This document shows, piece after piece, positions 1 to 8,638 of a stretch of DNA of 49,852 nt. The position numbers and the translations under genes were made by a program. The notes under the pieces were generated by a model. That model was not told the DNA's origin and did no database searches. It worked only from the letters and a program-made list of their open reading frames with translations. The DNA comes from Candidatus Micrarchaeota archaeon (GTDB lineage: Archaea; Micrarchaeota; Micrarchaeia; Anstonellales; Bilamarchaeaceae), in contig JACCLJ010000053.1 of the NCBI GenBank assembly GCA_013425425.1, positions 1 to 49,852 on the forward strand, in the 5' to 3' direction. The stretch's first letter is position 1; every line of letters starts with the position of its first letter.

Positions 1-490
1 CGAAAAGCTGATGAAGGAATTCAACCGCAAGGGGCTTGAAACGGTGTGCCTCCGCTATTTCAATGCATATGGGCCCCGCCAGGACCCGAATTCCCAATAC
101 AGCGGAGTGATAACGCGGTTCATCGGAAAAATGCTGAACGGCGAAAGCCCGCTCATATTCGGTGACGGGAACCAGACGAGGGACTTCGTTTTCGTTAACG
201 ACGTCGTAGAGGCAAATATTCTTGCCGCGGAGAAAAAAGGCGCTGCGGGCGAAGCATTCAACATCGCGACAGGCGTTCCGCTCACGATAAACCAGCTGGA
301 AGGAATACTCTCAGAGCTTACGAGCCATGACATCGACCCTGTTTATGCAGAGAAACGCGATGGCGACATCTACGATTCCTATGCGGACGTCTCGAAAGCG
401 AAGCGCCTGCTCGGCTTCGAGGCGGCCATGCCAATCGCAGAGGGGCTCGGGAAGACGGTCGAGTGGCAGCGAGGCCTTCAGGGCAAATAA
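1..490 (+). CDS. NAD-dependent sugar epimerase/dehydratase (UDP-glucose 4-epimerase-like), C-terminal fragment; 5' end outside window
   Basis: Frame is open to the window edge. Translation (YFNAYGPRQDP...GDGNQTRDFVFVNDVV...) matches the C-terminal half of extended-SDR GalE/WbpP-type epimerases. Stop at 488-490. Confidence 0.85.
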   Translation, partial: EKLMKEFNRKGLETVCLRYFNAYGPRQDPNSQYSGVITRFIGKMLNGESPLIFGDGNQTRDFVFVNDVVEANILAAEKKGAAGEAFNIATGVPLTINQLEGILSELTSHDIDPVYAEKRDGDIYDSYADVSKAKRLLGFEAAMPIAEGLGKTVEWQRGLQGK

Positions 491-518
491 TTTAAACCTC
501 ATTTTGCTTATCTGGAAT

Positions 519-1607
519 ATGGAACACACGATAGCGACAATAGGAAGCCATTCCGCGCTCGATGTCTGCGAGGGTGCGAAGGCTGAAGGGTTCAAAACGC
601 TTGTTGCATGCCAGAAGGGAAGGGATTCCACTTATTCCTCTTATTACAAAACGAGAAAGCGCGGCGAGCAGGAAATAGGCGTCGTTGACGAAGTGCTCAT
701 GCTTGACAAATTCAGCGAGATGGCGAATGAAAAAAACCAAAAGTTAATGCTTGACAGGAAATGCGTATTCGTGCCGAACCGCTCCTTCGCGGTTTATGTC
801 GGCTATGACGCGATAGAAAAGAAATTCTCCGTGCCCGTCTTCGGCAACAAACGCCTTCTGAGGGCCGAGGAGAGGAACGTGGAAAAGGACCAGTATTACC
901 TGATGAAAAAGGCGGGCATACGGTTTCCGAAGCTGATAAAATCGCCGGACAGGATAGATACGCTCTGCATAGTGAAAGTGAGCGAGGCGAAAAGGAGCTA
1001 CGAGCGCGCGTTCTTCCTTGCAAGAAGCTCCGAGGAATATGTGGAAAAGAGCGAGGCGCTCCTCAGGGAAGGGAAAATAACGAAAGAGGGCCTGAGGAAT
1101 GCCAAGATAGAGGAATACGTCATCGGCGCGTACTTCAACTTCAATTTCTTCTACTCGCCGCTGCATGACGAAGTCGAGCTTCTCGGGATAGACACAAGAA
1201 GGCAGACGAATCTTGATGGATTTCTCCGCCTTCCGGCAGACAAGCAGCTCGAACTCCTGAGGCACACCCAGCCGAGCACCATAGAAACAGGACATATAGC
1301 CTGCACAATCCGCGAATCGCTCCTCCAGCAGGCGCTTGAGGCAGGAGATGCGCTCGCAGAGGCCGCGAAAAAAGAGTACGCGCCCGGCTTGATCGGTCCG
1401 TTCGCCTTGCAGGGCGCGATTGAAGAGCGCGATGGCGAGCATTTCGTATGCTTCGATGTTTCGCTTAGAATTCCCGGCTCACCGGGTACGCGCTTCACGC
1501 CGTATTCCGAATATCTCTTCAGGAAAAGCGTAAGCTTCGGCAGGCGCATTGCGATTGAAATAAAGGAAGCCGAGAAGAAGAACAGGATGGACGATGTCAC
1601 CACCTGA
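519..1607 (+). CDS. purP: 5-formaminoimidazole-4-carboxamide ribonucleotide (FAICAR) synthetase, ATP-grasp
   Basis: From ATG 519 (MEHTIATIGSHSALDVCEGAKAEGF...) the protein aligns end to end with my recollection of archaeal PurP (FGNKRLLRAEER, EEYVIGAYFNFNFFYSPL, IRESLL, GLIGPFALQ). The track's upstream extension from 327 overlaps the epimerase and is arginine-rich junk. Confidence 0.9.
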   Translation: MEHTIATIGSHSALDVCEGAKAEGFKTLVACQKGRDSTYSSYYKTRKRGEQEIGVVDEVLMLDKFSEMANEKNQKLMLDRKCVFVPNRSFAVYVGYDAIEKKFSVPVFGNKRLLRAEERNVEKDQYYLMKKAGIRFPKLIKSPDRIDTLCIVKVSEAKRSYERAFFLARSSEEYVEKSEALLREGKITKEGLRNAKIEEYVIGAYFNFNFFYSPLHDEVELLGIDTRRQTNLDGFLRLPADKQLELLRHTQPSTIETGHIACTIRESLLQQALEAGDALAEAAKKEYAPGLIGPFALQGAIEERDGEHFVCFDVSLRIPGSPGTRFTPYSEYLFRKSVSFGRRIAIEIKEAEKKNRMDDVTT

Positions 1608-2148
1608 AGCGCTGAGCGGCCCATGTGCGGAATGCAACGCGAGATGCTGCAGGAATTATACAATCACCATCACTGCGCGCGACCTTCTCCGCCTTATTGA
1701 TTATACGGAGAGCTTCGGCTGGATCGGAACGGCTTCAGCAAAGGGATTCGACCCCGCCCTCGCGCATTCGTTTACTCTTTTTGAAAATAATAAGCCCGGA
1801 AAATTCGTCCTCTGCCTGAAAAGGGACAGGAAGGAAACATGCGTTTTTCTTGGCAAGGGCAACCGATGCGCTGTTTATGCAGCGAGGCCGATGGTCTGCC
1901 GCACCTATCCCTTCAGAAAAGACGAAGGCAGCAGACTCGTTTACAAGAAGAATTACCGCTGCCCCGTTCAATGGAAAATCACCAGCACGCTCCGCAGGGA
2001 ATTCCTGAAAAACCTGGAACGGCAGAAGAAGGAGCTTGCGGAATACGGAAGATGGTGCGGGGAGTGGAATGCATCCGTAACCGAAGGCAGGGACCTCGCA
2101 TCCTTCATCGATTTCATGATTTCAAAAGCGAAAGCGGGAAGTTCCTGA
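1594..2148 (+). CDS. YkgJ/UPF0153-type cysteine-cluster protein (putative Fe-S or Zn binding)
   Basis: N-terminal CAECNARCC cluster plus downstream C..F.....C..Y..RP..CR.YP pattern typical of the CxxCxxCC family. Start overlaps the purP 3' end by 14 nt. Confidence 0.7.
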   Translation: MSPPEALSGPCAECNARCCRNYTITITARDLLRLIDYTESFGWIGTASAKGFDPALAHSFTLFENNKPGKFVLCLKRDRKETCVFLGKGNRCAVYAARPMVCRTYPFRKDEGSRLVYKKNYRCPVQWKITSTLRREFLKNLERQKKELAEYGRWCGEWNASVTEGRDLASFIDFMISKAKAGSS

Positions 2149-2785
2149 AATCCTTTATCACGGCAAGCGCCTCATTTCTGTCTATGTATTCTACCGCAGG
2201 CGAGCGGGCAAGCACCACCTTCATGCCCGCGCTTTTTGCAGCCTTGAAGCCGGAAACGGAATCCTCAAAAGCAAGGCATTCGGCAGGCTTTACGCCGAGC
2301 CGTTTGGCTGCTTCAAGGAAAGCATCCGGATAGGGTTTGCGTTTTTCATAATCCCCGCTGCCGATTATACTGTCGAAATATTTCCCGAGCCCGAGCACGG
2401 AAAGCGCGAGAATTATATTCTCCCTGTGGCCCCCTGAAACCACCGCGGTTTTGATTCCATTCCCCCTGAGCATTTTGAGGAATTCCCCCACGCCGGCCTT
2501 CGCTTTCACCTCTCCCTTCTCAACAAGTCCGCCGTAAGCCTTCTTCCTTTTTTCCACGTACTCTTCTATCTTTTTCGCATCCGTTATGCCAGCCTCGCCG
2601 AGCAGCACGGTGAAGATGTTCCTCGAGCCCGTGCCTGCGAATTCCCGGTACCATCTCTTTTCATCAACGCTTATGCCAAGCGGCTTGAGGAACTGCATGA
2701 ACGTCCTGTGGTGCACAGGCTCGGAATCCACAACCACACCGTCGAAATCGAACAGCACCGCCTTTATCATAAGGAACCCAGCCAT
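2114..2785 (-). CDS. HAD-superfamily hydrolase, beta-phosphoglucomutase-like subfamily
   Basis: MIKAVLFDFDGVVVDSE (DxDG motif I), VVSGG, KPYPDAFL, FEDSVSGFKAAKSAGM. The ATG at 2770 may be the real start. Convergent 35-nt overlap with the previous gene. Confidence 0.85.
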   Translation of the reverse strand: MAGFLMIKAVLFDFDGVVVDSEPVHHRTFMQFLKPLGISVDEKRWYREFAGTGSRNIFTVLLGEAGITDAKKIEEYVEKRKKAYGGLVEKGEVKAKAGVGEFLKMLRGNGIKTAVVSGGHRENIILALSVLGLGKYFDSIIGSGDYEKRKPYPDAFLEAAKRLGVKPAECLAFEDSVSGFKAAKSAGMKVVLARSPAVEYIDRNEALAVIKDFRNFPLSLLKS

Positions 2786-2813
2786 ATTCTAACCTTAAAT
2801 AAGTATTTTAAAG

Positions 2814-3551
2814 ATGGCTATGCAAATATTAGACGTGGTTAAAATGAGAAACATTATCCTTGTTTTTGGGGTTCTTATGCTGTTTTTCGGTTGCATCGGC
2901 GGCGAGCAGCCGCAGGCGCCGCAGGAAAACATAACGCCTCCGCCTGCTCCGCCGGCGGTTCCGTCTTTCGTCATAGTAAGCCCGGATGAAGGCGCGGTGC
3001 TCTCAACCGGAGCGGCTTACGGTTCCGTGGATATCCTTCTCAGCACTTCCAATCTCATCATCAAGCCGGAGGGAAGCATGCCGAACAACGTCGGAGAAGG
3101 GCATTTCGCGGTTTCCATAGACGGCGGCGCGCCAGTCCACATATTCAGCAAAGCATATACCCTGGAGGGCGTCGAGCCGGGGTCGCATACGCTCAGGATA
3201 GAGCTGGTCCATAACGACCATTCCTCATATTCGCCATCCATAGCCAAGACGGTAAACTTCTACATGGAAAAAACCGTGACGGAATACGTCCCGCAGGACT
3301 ATACGGTAACGATACGCGATTTCTCCTACGACCCGGAAACGATAACGGTTAATGCCGGGGACAGGATTACGTGGGTGAATGGGGGAGCATATCCTAGGTC
3401 GGCAACCTACACGGGAGTATTCGATACTGAAATTATCGGGCCAGGCGTAAGCGCAACCGTCACGATGGACGTTCCACCCGGAACTTACGAATATTACGCG
3501 CTCACGCACATGGCGATGAAAGGAACGGTAATTGTTGAAAGGCCCGGCTAG
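2814..3551 (+). CDS. Secreted/lipobox-type protein: beta-rich N-domain plus degenerate cupredoxin-like C-domain
   Basis: Signal peptide MRNIILVFGVLMLFFGC, so the likely start is ATG 2844. Pro-rich linker. GEGHFAVSIDGG region. C-terminal ...ITWVNGGAYPRSAT...GTYEYYALTHMAMKGTVIVE has the plastocyanin/amicyanin pattern but with His->Arg and Cys->Ala. Confidence 0.75.
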   Translation: MAMQILDVVKMRNIILVFGVLMLFFGCIGGEQPQAPQENITPPPAPPAVPSFVIVSPDEGAVLSTGAAYGSVDILLSTSNLIIKPEGSMPNNVGEGHFAVSIDGGAPVHIFSKAYTLEGVEPGSHTLRIELVHNDHSSYSPSIAKTVNFYMEKTVTEYVPQDYTVTIRDFSYDPETITVNAGDRITWVNGGAYPRSATYTGVFDTEIIGPGVSATVTMDVPPGTYEYYALTHMAMKGTVIVERPG

Positions 3552-3609
3552 CGGCATTTTTCCTTTGATTTTTTATTCGTTTTCTGCCAATCTATCAGTG
3601 GGTTTTCAG

Positions 3610-4614
3610 ATGGGTGAAGGGGAAGGAGCAATTGCCATTGACGGAGAGACAATCCGCCGCTACGAGAACGCACATTATGGAATCGCAGGCAGGCATTCCG
3701 CGGTCCAGATATGCGGCTGGACTAGAAAATCGCTCCGCGGGCAGGGAGTATGCTACAAGCAGAAATTCTACGGCATCGACTGCCACCGCTGCGCCCAGAT
3801 GAGCCCGGCATTCGCGTTCTGCCAGGAATGCTGCGTTCACTGCTGGCGGCCTGCGGAATGGATGAAGAAGATAAAGATGGGCGAAAGGGAAACCGACCCG
3901 CCGCAGCTCATCATAGATAAAATCGTGGAAAAAAGAAAACTGCTCGTGTGCGGAATAGGCGGGGCCGGTGACGCGGACAGAAAGCGGTTTGACGAGAGCT
4001 TCAAAAAATTCCCATCCCACTGGGCGATCTCGCTTTCGGGCGAGCCCACCATTTATCCGAAGCTTGGCGAATTGATAAAACTTCTTAGGAAAAACAAGGA
4101 AGTGCGGAGCATCTTCCTCGTCACGAACGGCCAGGAGCCGCAGGCGCTTGCAGCGCTTAAGAGGCGGAAGGCGCTTCCCACGCAGCTTTACGTTTCAATC
4201 AGCGCACCGTGCGAAGAACTTTTCAAAAAACTCAACCGCTCCGTTTACCGGGACGGATGGAAGCGCCTGCAGAAAACGCTGGCGATGCTCAAGACGCTAG
4301 GCTGCAGGACTGTCGTGCGGCTTACGCTCATACGCGGCGTGAACGATTTCGATGCGCACCTGCGCGAATATGCAACGATGCTCGAAACATCAGGGCCGGA
4401 TTTCATCGAGGTGAAGTCATACATGCATCTCGGGCTTTCAAGGGAGCGGCTGGAGAGGGACAACATGGCACCGCACGATTATGTCAAGGCATGGACGAGA
4501 AAACTCGTCGCAGTGATACCCTCTTACCGCACGGAAGACGAAGATTGGGCCTCGAGGATAGTCCTGCTAAAGCGGAAGGGCTCGAAATTCGGCAATATGA
4601 TAAAAAATCCATGA
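3610..4614 (+). CDS. taw1: tRNA 4-demethylwyosine synthase (radical SAM, TYW1/Taw1)
   Basis: GIAGRHSAVQICGWT.K...G.CYKQKFYGI..HRC..MSP, then radical-SAM CQECCVHC (Cx3Cx2C), then FIEVKSYMHLG. Start set at ATG 3610; the track ORF begins at 3532 inside the previous gene. Confidence 0.88.
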   Translation: MGEGEGAIAIDGETIRRYENAHYGIAGRHSAVQICGWTRKSLRGQGVCYKQKFYGIDCHRCAQMSPAFAFCQECCVHCWRPAEWMKKIKMGERETDPPQLIIDKIVEKRKLLVCGIGGAGDADRKRFDESFKKFPSHWAISLSGEPTIYPKLGELIKLLRKNKEVRSIFLVTNGQEPQALAALKRRKALPTQLYVSISAPCEELFKKLNRSVYRDGWKRLQKTLAMLKTLGCRTVVRLTLIRGVNDFDAHLREYATMLETSGPDFIEVKSYMHLGLSRERLERDNMAPHDYVKAWTRKLVAVIPSYRTEDEDWASRIVLLKRKGSKFGNMIKNP

Positions 4615-4635
4615 CGAAATGGCGGGGAACATAAG

Positions 4636-6000
4636 ATGCTGGGATGGAAGATACTCAAGGAGGGCGATTACCGGGTCAGTCTCCCGAGGCTCAGCGATGC
4701 CGAAGAGCAGATGATAGAGAGGGCGGAGGAGCGCTTCAGGGAGGCCGCGCGCGTCCGCGAGCTTGGCAGCGAAAAGGAAAGCGAGGCGCTCGTAAGGAAC
4801 CTGCTCATTTCAGCAGCGGAAGAGGACGGCATAGCGCTCGACAGGGAACAGCTCGATTACCTCTCACGCGCCGCCTTCCTGCACATATACGCATTCGCAT
4901 TCATGGACCTTCTTGTAGCCGACCCGGATATCGAGGAGATAAGCGTCATAGGGACAAACAAGCCGGTTTACGTTTACGTGAAAAACCAGGGGTGGAAGAG
5001 CGTCAACGCATGCTTCACGAGCGAGAAGGCGATAGCGGACGTAGCCAACAAGATGGCGCGTGGCCTCGGAAGGCACATAACCATGCAGAACCCGAGGCTC
5101 GACGCGATGCTGCCGGACGGCTCGAGGCTGCACGCTTCCCTCCCGCCCATCTCGCAGGGCGAGATAACCATACGGAAATTCAGGCAGAGGCCATTCTCCC
5201 CAAGGGAGCTTTTCGAGCTGAAGTCCACTACTGCCGAGGCCCTCGCTTTTCTCTCGCTGGTCATGCAAGGCGACAACTCCGTTCTTATCGGCGGGAATAC
5301 CGGCTCCGGAAAAACAACGCTCCTGAACGCATTGTTCTCGTTCGTTCCGGCAAACGAGAGGATACTGATTGCAGAGGAAACTCCCGAGATAAACGTTCCG
5401 CACAGCCACCAGCTGAGGCTCGTTGCGAACCGCGACATGGAGATCGGCCTCAAGGACCTGATGTATGATACGCTCAGGATGAGGCCCGACCGCATGATTG
5501 TCGGGGAAGTGAGGACCAAGCCGGAATTCGAGGCGCTTTTCGACGTCCTTCTTGCGGGGCAGGCAAGGGGCTGCTACGCGACGTTGCATTCGCAGGGCGC
5601 GGCCGAGGCATGCCAGCGCATAAGGAGCTTCGGCATAAACGAGAGGGACATGGAAAGCGCGGACTGCATCGTCATACAGAGGCGCATGCTTCTTTACGAT
5701 CCGAAGAAAAGGAAGAATGTTGAAGTAAGAAGGATGACCGAGATAGCGGAGATGGACAACGGGCCGAAGCAGCTGTTTTTCCTTGACAGGAAGACGGGGA
5801 GCCTGAGGTTCAAAACCGGAGGGAAGCTCCTCGGCAGGATTGCGGACGGCTTCGGCATGAGCGCGAGGGAGATAAAAGCCGAAATGGAGATGAGAAAGAA
5901 GCTGATTACCGGCCTCGAGCGCGAATTCCAAGGGTTTTACGCCGGCCTGCAGAAGAAGCTTTACGGAATCGTGGAAGTGCAGGGTGACGGAAAGCAATGA
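4636..6000 (+). CDS. Type II/IV secretion-family ATPase (archaeal pilus/archaellum ArlI-VirB11-like)
   Basis: Walker A GGNTGSGKTT, Walker B/Asp box DRMIVGEVR, His box GCYATLHS. Confidence 0.88.
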   Translation: MLGWKILKEGDYRVSLPRLSDAEEQMIERAEERFREAARVRELGSEKESEALVRNLLISAAEEDGIALDREQLDYLSRAAFLHIYAFAFMDLLVADPDIEEISVIGTNKPVYVYVKNQGWKSVNACFTSEKAIADVANKMARGLGRHITMQNPRLDAMLPDGSRLHASLPPISQGEITIRKFRQRPFSPRELFELKSTTAEALAFLSLVMQGDNSVLIGGNTGSGKTTLLNALFSFVPANERILIAEETPEINVPHSHQLRLVANRDMEIGLKDLMYDTLRMRPDRMIVGEVRTKPEFEALFDVLLAGQARGCYATLHSQGAAEACQRIRSFGINERDMESADCIVIQRRMLLYDPKKRKNVEVRRMTEIAEMDNGPKQLFFLDRKTGSLRFKTGGKLLGRIADGFGMSAREIKAEMEMRKKLITGLEREFQGFYAGLQKKLYGIVEVQGDGKQ

Positions 6001-7592
6001 GCCTTCTCGATTTTATCGCGGGCAACGCGCATGCTTTCCCGGAAGTCGGGGTGGGAAGCAGGATGCTCAAGCCCCTTACCATACTTTATCCGGACGCGGA
6101 CGAACACCGCTATGCCGGCGCGGCGGTTTTCATCTCGCTTTTCCTGTCGGTGTTCGCCTTCATCGTTTCGCTTTTCCTCTTCCAGGAAGTTGCGCTGGCG
6201 GTTTTTCCCGTTTCCTTTCTCGCTTTTTTCATCTTCCTGCTCGCCCTTCCCTCATTCGAGCTTAACAGGCGCTCGAAAGTGATGGAGGCGGAGATGCCAT
6301 TTGCGCTCAGGACGATGGGCATGTTCATAAACATGAAGATACCCTTCATGAAATCCCTTACCCTCGTCTCCGAAGAAGAAGGCGAAACGGCAAGGGAATT
6401 GAGAGGGGTCGTGAGGGACGTCAACAGCGGCGTGACCGTTGAAAAGGCGTTCTCCCGCTTAGCCGTATCGTTCAACTCCCTTCCCATAAAGCGCTCCATC
6501 TCCCAGATTCTTTCCGCATACGAAGTCGGAGGGTCCGGGACCGAGATAAAAAGGATAGGCGACGAATTGCTTTCAGTCCAGCAGCACCAGCTCAGGGAGC
6601 ATGCATCGAAAAGCGCGATATTCGGGATGCTCTTCATAATGACGTCCGCAATACTCCCCACGTTCTTTCTCGTTTACGTTATCCTCGGCAAATTCGGGGT
6701 AGGCGGCGCGGTTCCGGAAGCCGGAATAGCAGTCGCGCTCCTGCTTGTTTTTCCGGCCATAAGCGTTCTCCTCCTTCTGCTCAGCAAATCGTCCGTTCCG
6801 TACTCTCCGCTCGCGTCGCGCGGAAGCGCGATGGATATGATGGTGCTCCTGCCGGCGCTGCTGTTCGTCTTCTCATTCCTCTTTCTCGATGGAAGTGCCC
6901 GCCTGATCGCAATCGCAATAGGCACCGCCGTGATGCTCTGGGCGGTTTACAATTCCTACATGAGGGAAAAGAGGACCGAGGAGATAGAGCAGTATCTTCC
7001 GGATGCGCTTTTCACGGTATCCGCGCTTCCGAAATCCACAAGGATAGAAAAGATTTTCGAGGGCATAGAGAAAGGCGGCTACGGCGCCCTTTCCGAAGAG
7101 GCCGCAAAATCGAAAAGGCAGCTTGCGATGAATATTGGGACGGACGCCGTCCTTGAGGACCTGTGGAAACGCAACGAGTCGCCAGCGCTGCGGAAGGCAT
7201 GCACGATGCTGAAGCACGTTTTCGACGCCAACGCCTTCGGCCAGCTCCACAGCATAGCAGAGGACCTGCTCAAGAATTTCGAGATAAAAAGGGAGCGGGC
7301 GAACCTCCTGTCGATGCAGAAGTACACTATACTGTTCGGCGGTCTTCTCATACCGATGATACTGAAGATAGCATTATCGCTCATCGGCAGCCTGGTGGAA
7401 TTCTTCAGCGACCCGTCTGCGCCCCAGCTGATTGCGTATACCCTGTCGCTCATCCCGGCCTATCTCATAATATACTCGCTGGTATCTTCATTCTACATCG
7501 CAGACATCGAAGGAAAGAAATCGCGCGCGGCGGTATACTTCCTCCTGCTGGCGGCGGTTAGCCTATTAACCTTTACTTTCGTAAATTTCTAG
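5997..7592 (+). CDS. Polytopic membrane platform protein (TadC/ArlJ, T2SS-F-like)
   Basis: ATGA overlap with the ATPase gene. Two helical cytoplasmic T2SSF-like modules separated by multiple TM segments. Confidence 0.75.
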   Translation: MSLLDFIAGNAHAFPEVGVGSRMLKPLTILYPDADEHRYAGAAVFISLFLSVFAFIVSLFLFQEVALAVFPVSFLAFFIFLLALPSFELNRRSKVMEAEMPFALRTMGMFINMKIPFMKSLTLVSEEEGETARELRGVVRDVNSGVTVEKAFSRLAVSFNSLPIKRSISQILSAYEVGGSGTEIKRIGDELLSVQQHQLREHASKSAIFGMLFIMTSAILPTFFLVYVILGKFGVGGAVPEAGIAVALLLVFPAISVLLLLLSKSSVPYSPLASRGSAMDMMVLLPALLFVFSFLFLDGSARLIAIAIGTAVMLWAVYNSYMREKRTEEIEQYLPDALFTVSALPKSTRIEKIFEGIEKGGYGALSEEAAKSKRQLAMNIGTDAVLEDLWKRNESPALRKACTMLKHVFDANAFGQLHSIAEDLLKNFEIKRERANLLSMQKYTILFGGLLIPMILKIALSLIGSLVEFFSDPSAPQLIAYTLSLIPAYLIIYSLVSSFYIADIEGKKSRAAVYFLLLAAVSLLTFTFVNF

Positions 7593-7598
7593 GCTGGT

Positions 7599-8072
7599 TT
7601 GATGGACGCGCTATCCTCTTTCGCATTCAACATCAACAATGAACTGCTTACTTCAGCCAGCCGCATCCTCGATAATTACGTGGTTTTCGCGCTGATCGTG
7701 ATAACGCTGGTCCTGGTTGCGGAAAAAAGGAACCCGAAGCGCGTGAAGATTTTCAGCGCCCTTTTGCTGGCAACGGTTTTCGCCGTCATCATAAAATCAG
7801 CCATCGGAATGGAGCGGCCGTGCACCTCCATGGGGCTCGATGGATGCCCGTCCGATTATTCCTTCCCGAGCGTCCATGCGGCCGTCGCGTTCACGCTCAT
7901 GGTCTCGTTCCTCGACAAGAAAAGCTACTGGTTTTTCACGCTCTTCGCGCTCTTCGTGTCTTTCACGCGCCTCGTGCTTGCGGCGCACAGCTTCATAGAC
8001 ATAGCCGGCGCCCTGCCGGTCGCGCTCATCACCTATTATATGGTGGATGTCCTCTGGAGGAGGTTTTTCTGA
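7599..8072 (+). CDS. PAP2-family (type 2) phosphatase, membrane; plausible polyprenyl/dolichyl-diphosphate phosphatase
   Basis: PAP2 motifs K(SAIGME)RP, PSVH, (T)RLVLAAHSFID with flanking TM helices. TTG at 7599 or ATG at 7602. Confidence 0.8.
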   Translation: MMDALSSFAFNINNELLTSASRILDNYVVFALIVITLVLVAEKRNPKRVKIFSALLLATVFAVIIKSAIGMERPCTSMGLDGCPSDYSFPSVHAAVAFTLMVSFLDKKSYWFFTLFALFVSFTRLVLAAHSFIDIAGALPVALITYYMVDVLWRRFF

Positions 8073-8638
8073 TGGAAAACCGGGAGTTCAGGCGCCAGAC
8101 AATCCACCTTCTTCTCGGCCTGCTCGCAGTCGCGGTCCTGCTGCTTTACGGGAGAGGATTCCTCATCGCGTTCACATTCTTCACGGTAATCATCGGCCTT
8201 TTCCTTGTCAACCTCTCGCTGCGCGGCAAAAAAATCTCCCTTGTGGAATGGTTCATACGGAATTTCGAAAGGGATGAGGTGCTGTTCCCCGGATGGGGCT
8301 CCGCCTGCTATGCGACCGGCGTCCTTCTCATCGCAACGTTCCTTAGCGACGTAAACGCAATCGCCGCATCGCTGGTGATAATCGGCGTGGGCGACAGCGT
8401 TTCAACGCTTGTTGGCATGCGCGGCAGGATCCGTTTTCCCTACAACCGGAAAAAAACGCTCGAGGGCAGCATCGCATTCTTCCTTTCGTCGCTTCCCGCA
8501 TATCTCTTTGTCGGAGCCGCCATAATCCCTGCTGCTCTCATCGCTGCATTCGTGGAAAGCCTGGACCTCGGGATGGATGACAACATAACCGTGCCGGTTG
8601 CGGCAGTATTGTTTTTCCTTATTATGGGGGCGGGCTGA
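8072..8638 (+). CDS. Polyprenol (dolichol/phytol) kinase family, CTP-transferase-1 superfamily membrane protein
   Basis: From ATG 8072 (MENREFRRQTIHLLLGLL...). Multi-TM. GDSVSTLVGMRGRIRFPYNRKKTLEGSIAFF resembles the kinase signature. ATGA overlap with the PAP2 gene. The track ORF start at 7820 is an out-of-context extension. Confidence 0.7.
   Translation: MENREFRRQTIHLLLGLLAVAVLLLYGRGFLIAFTFFTVIIGLFLVNLSLRGKKISLVEWFIRNFERDEVLFPGWGSACYATGVLLIATFLSDVNAIAASLVIIGVGDSVSTLVGMRGRIRFPYNRKKTLEGSIAFFLSSLPAYLFVGAAIIPAALIAAFVESLDLGMDDNITVPVAAVLFFLIMGAG

Noticed and set aside
327-518. Upstream extensions of track ORFs: 327-518 (purP), 3532-3609 (taw1), 7820-8071 (kinase), 24473-24712, 20162-20293 and 21076-21120.
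   Set aside because: The extensions overlap the preceding gene or promoter and translate to Arg-rich or hydrophobic nonsense. They precede an internal ATG where the homologous or signal-peptide sequence actually begins.
4644-5468. Alternative-frame 274-aa ORF within the secretion ATPase gene.
   Set aside because: An Arg/Gly/Glu-rich frame-shifted reading of a gene whose main frame carries intact Walker A/B and His-box motifs.
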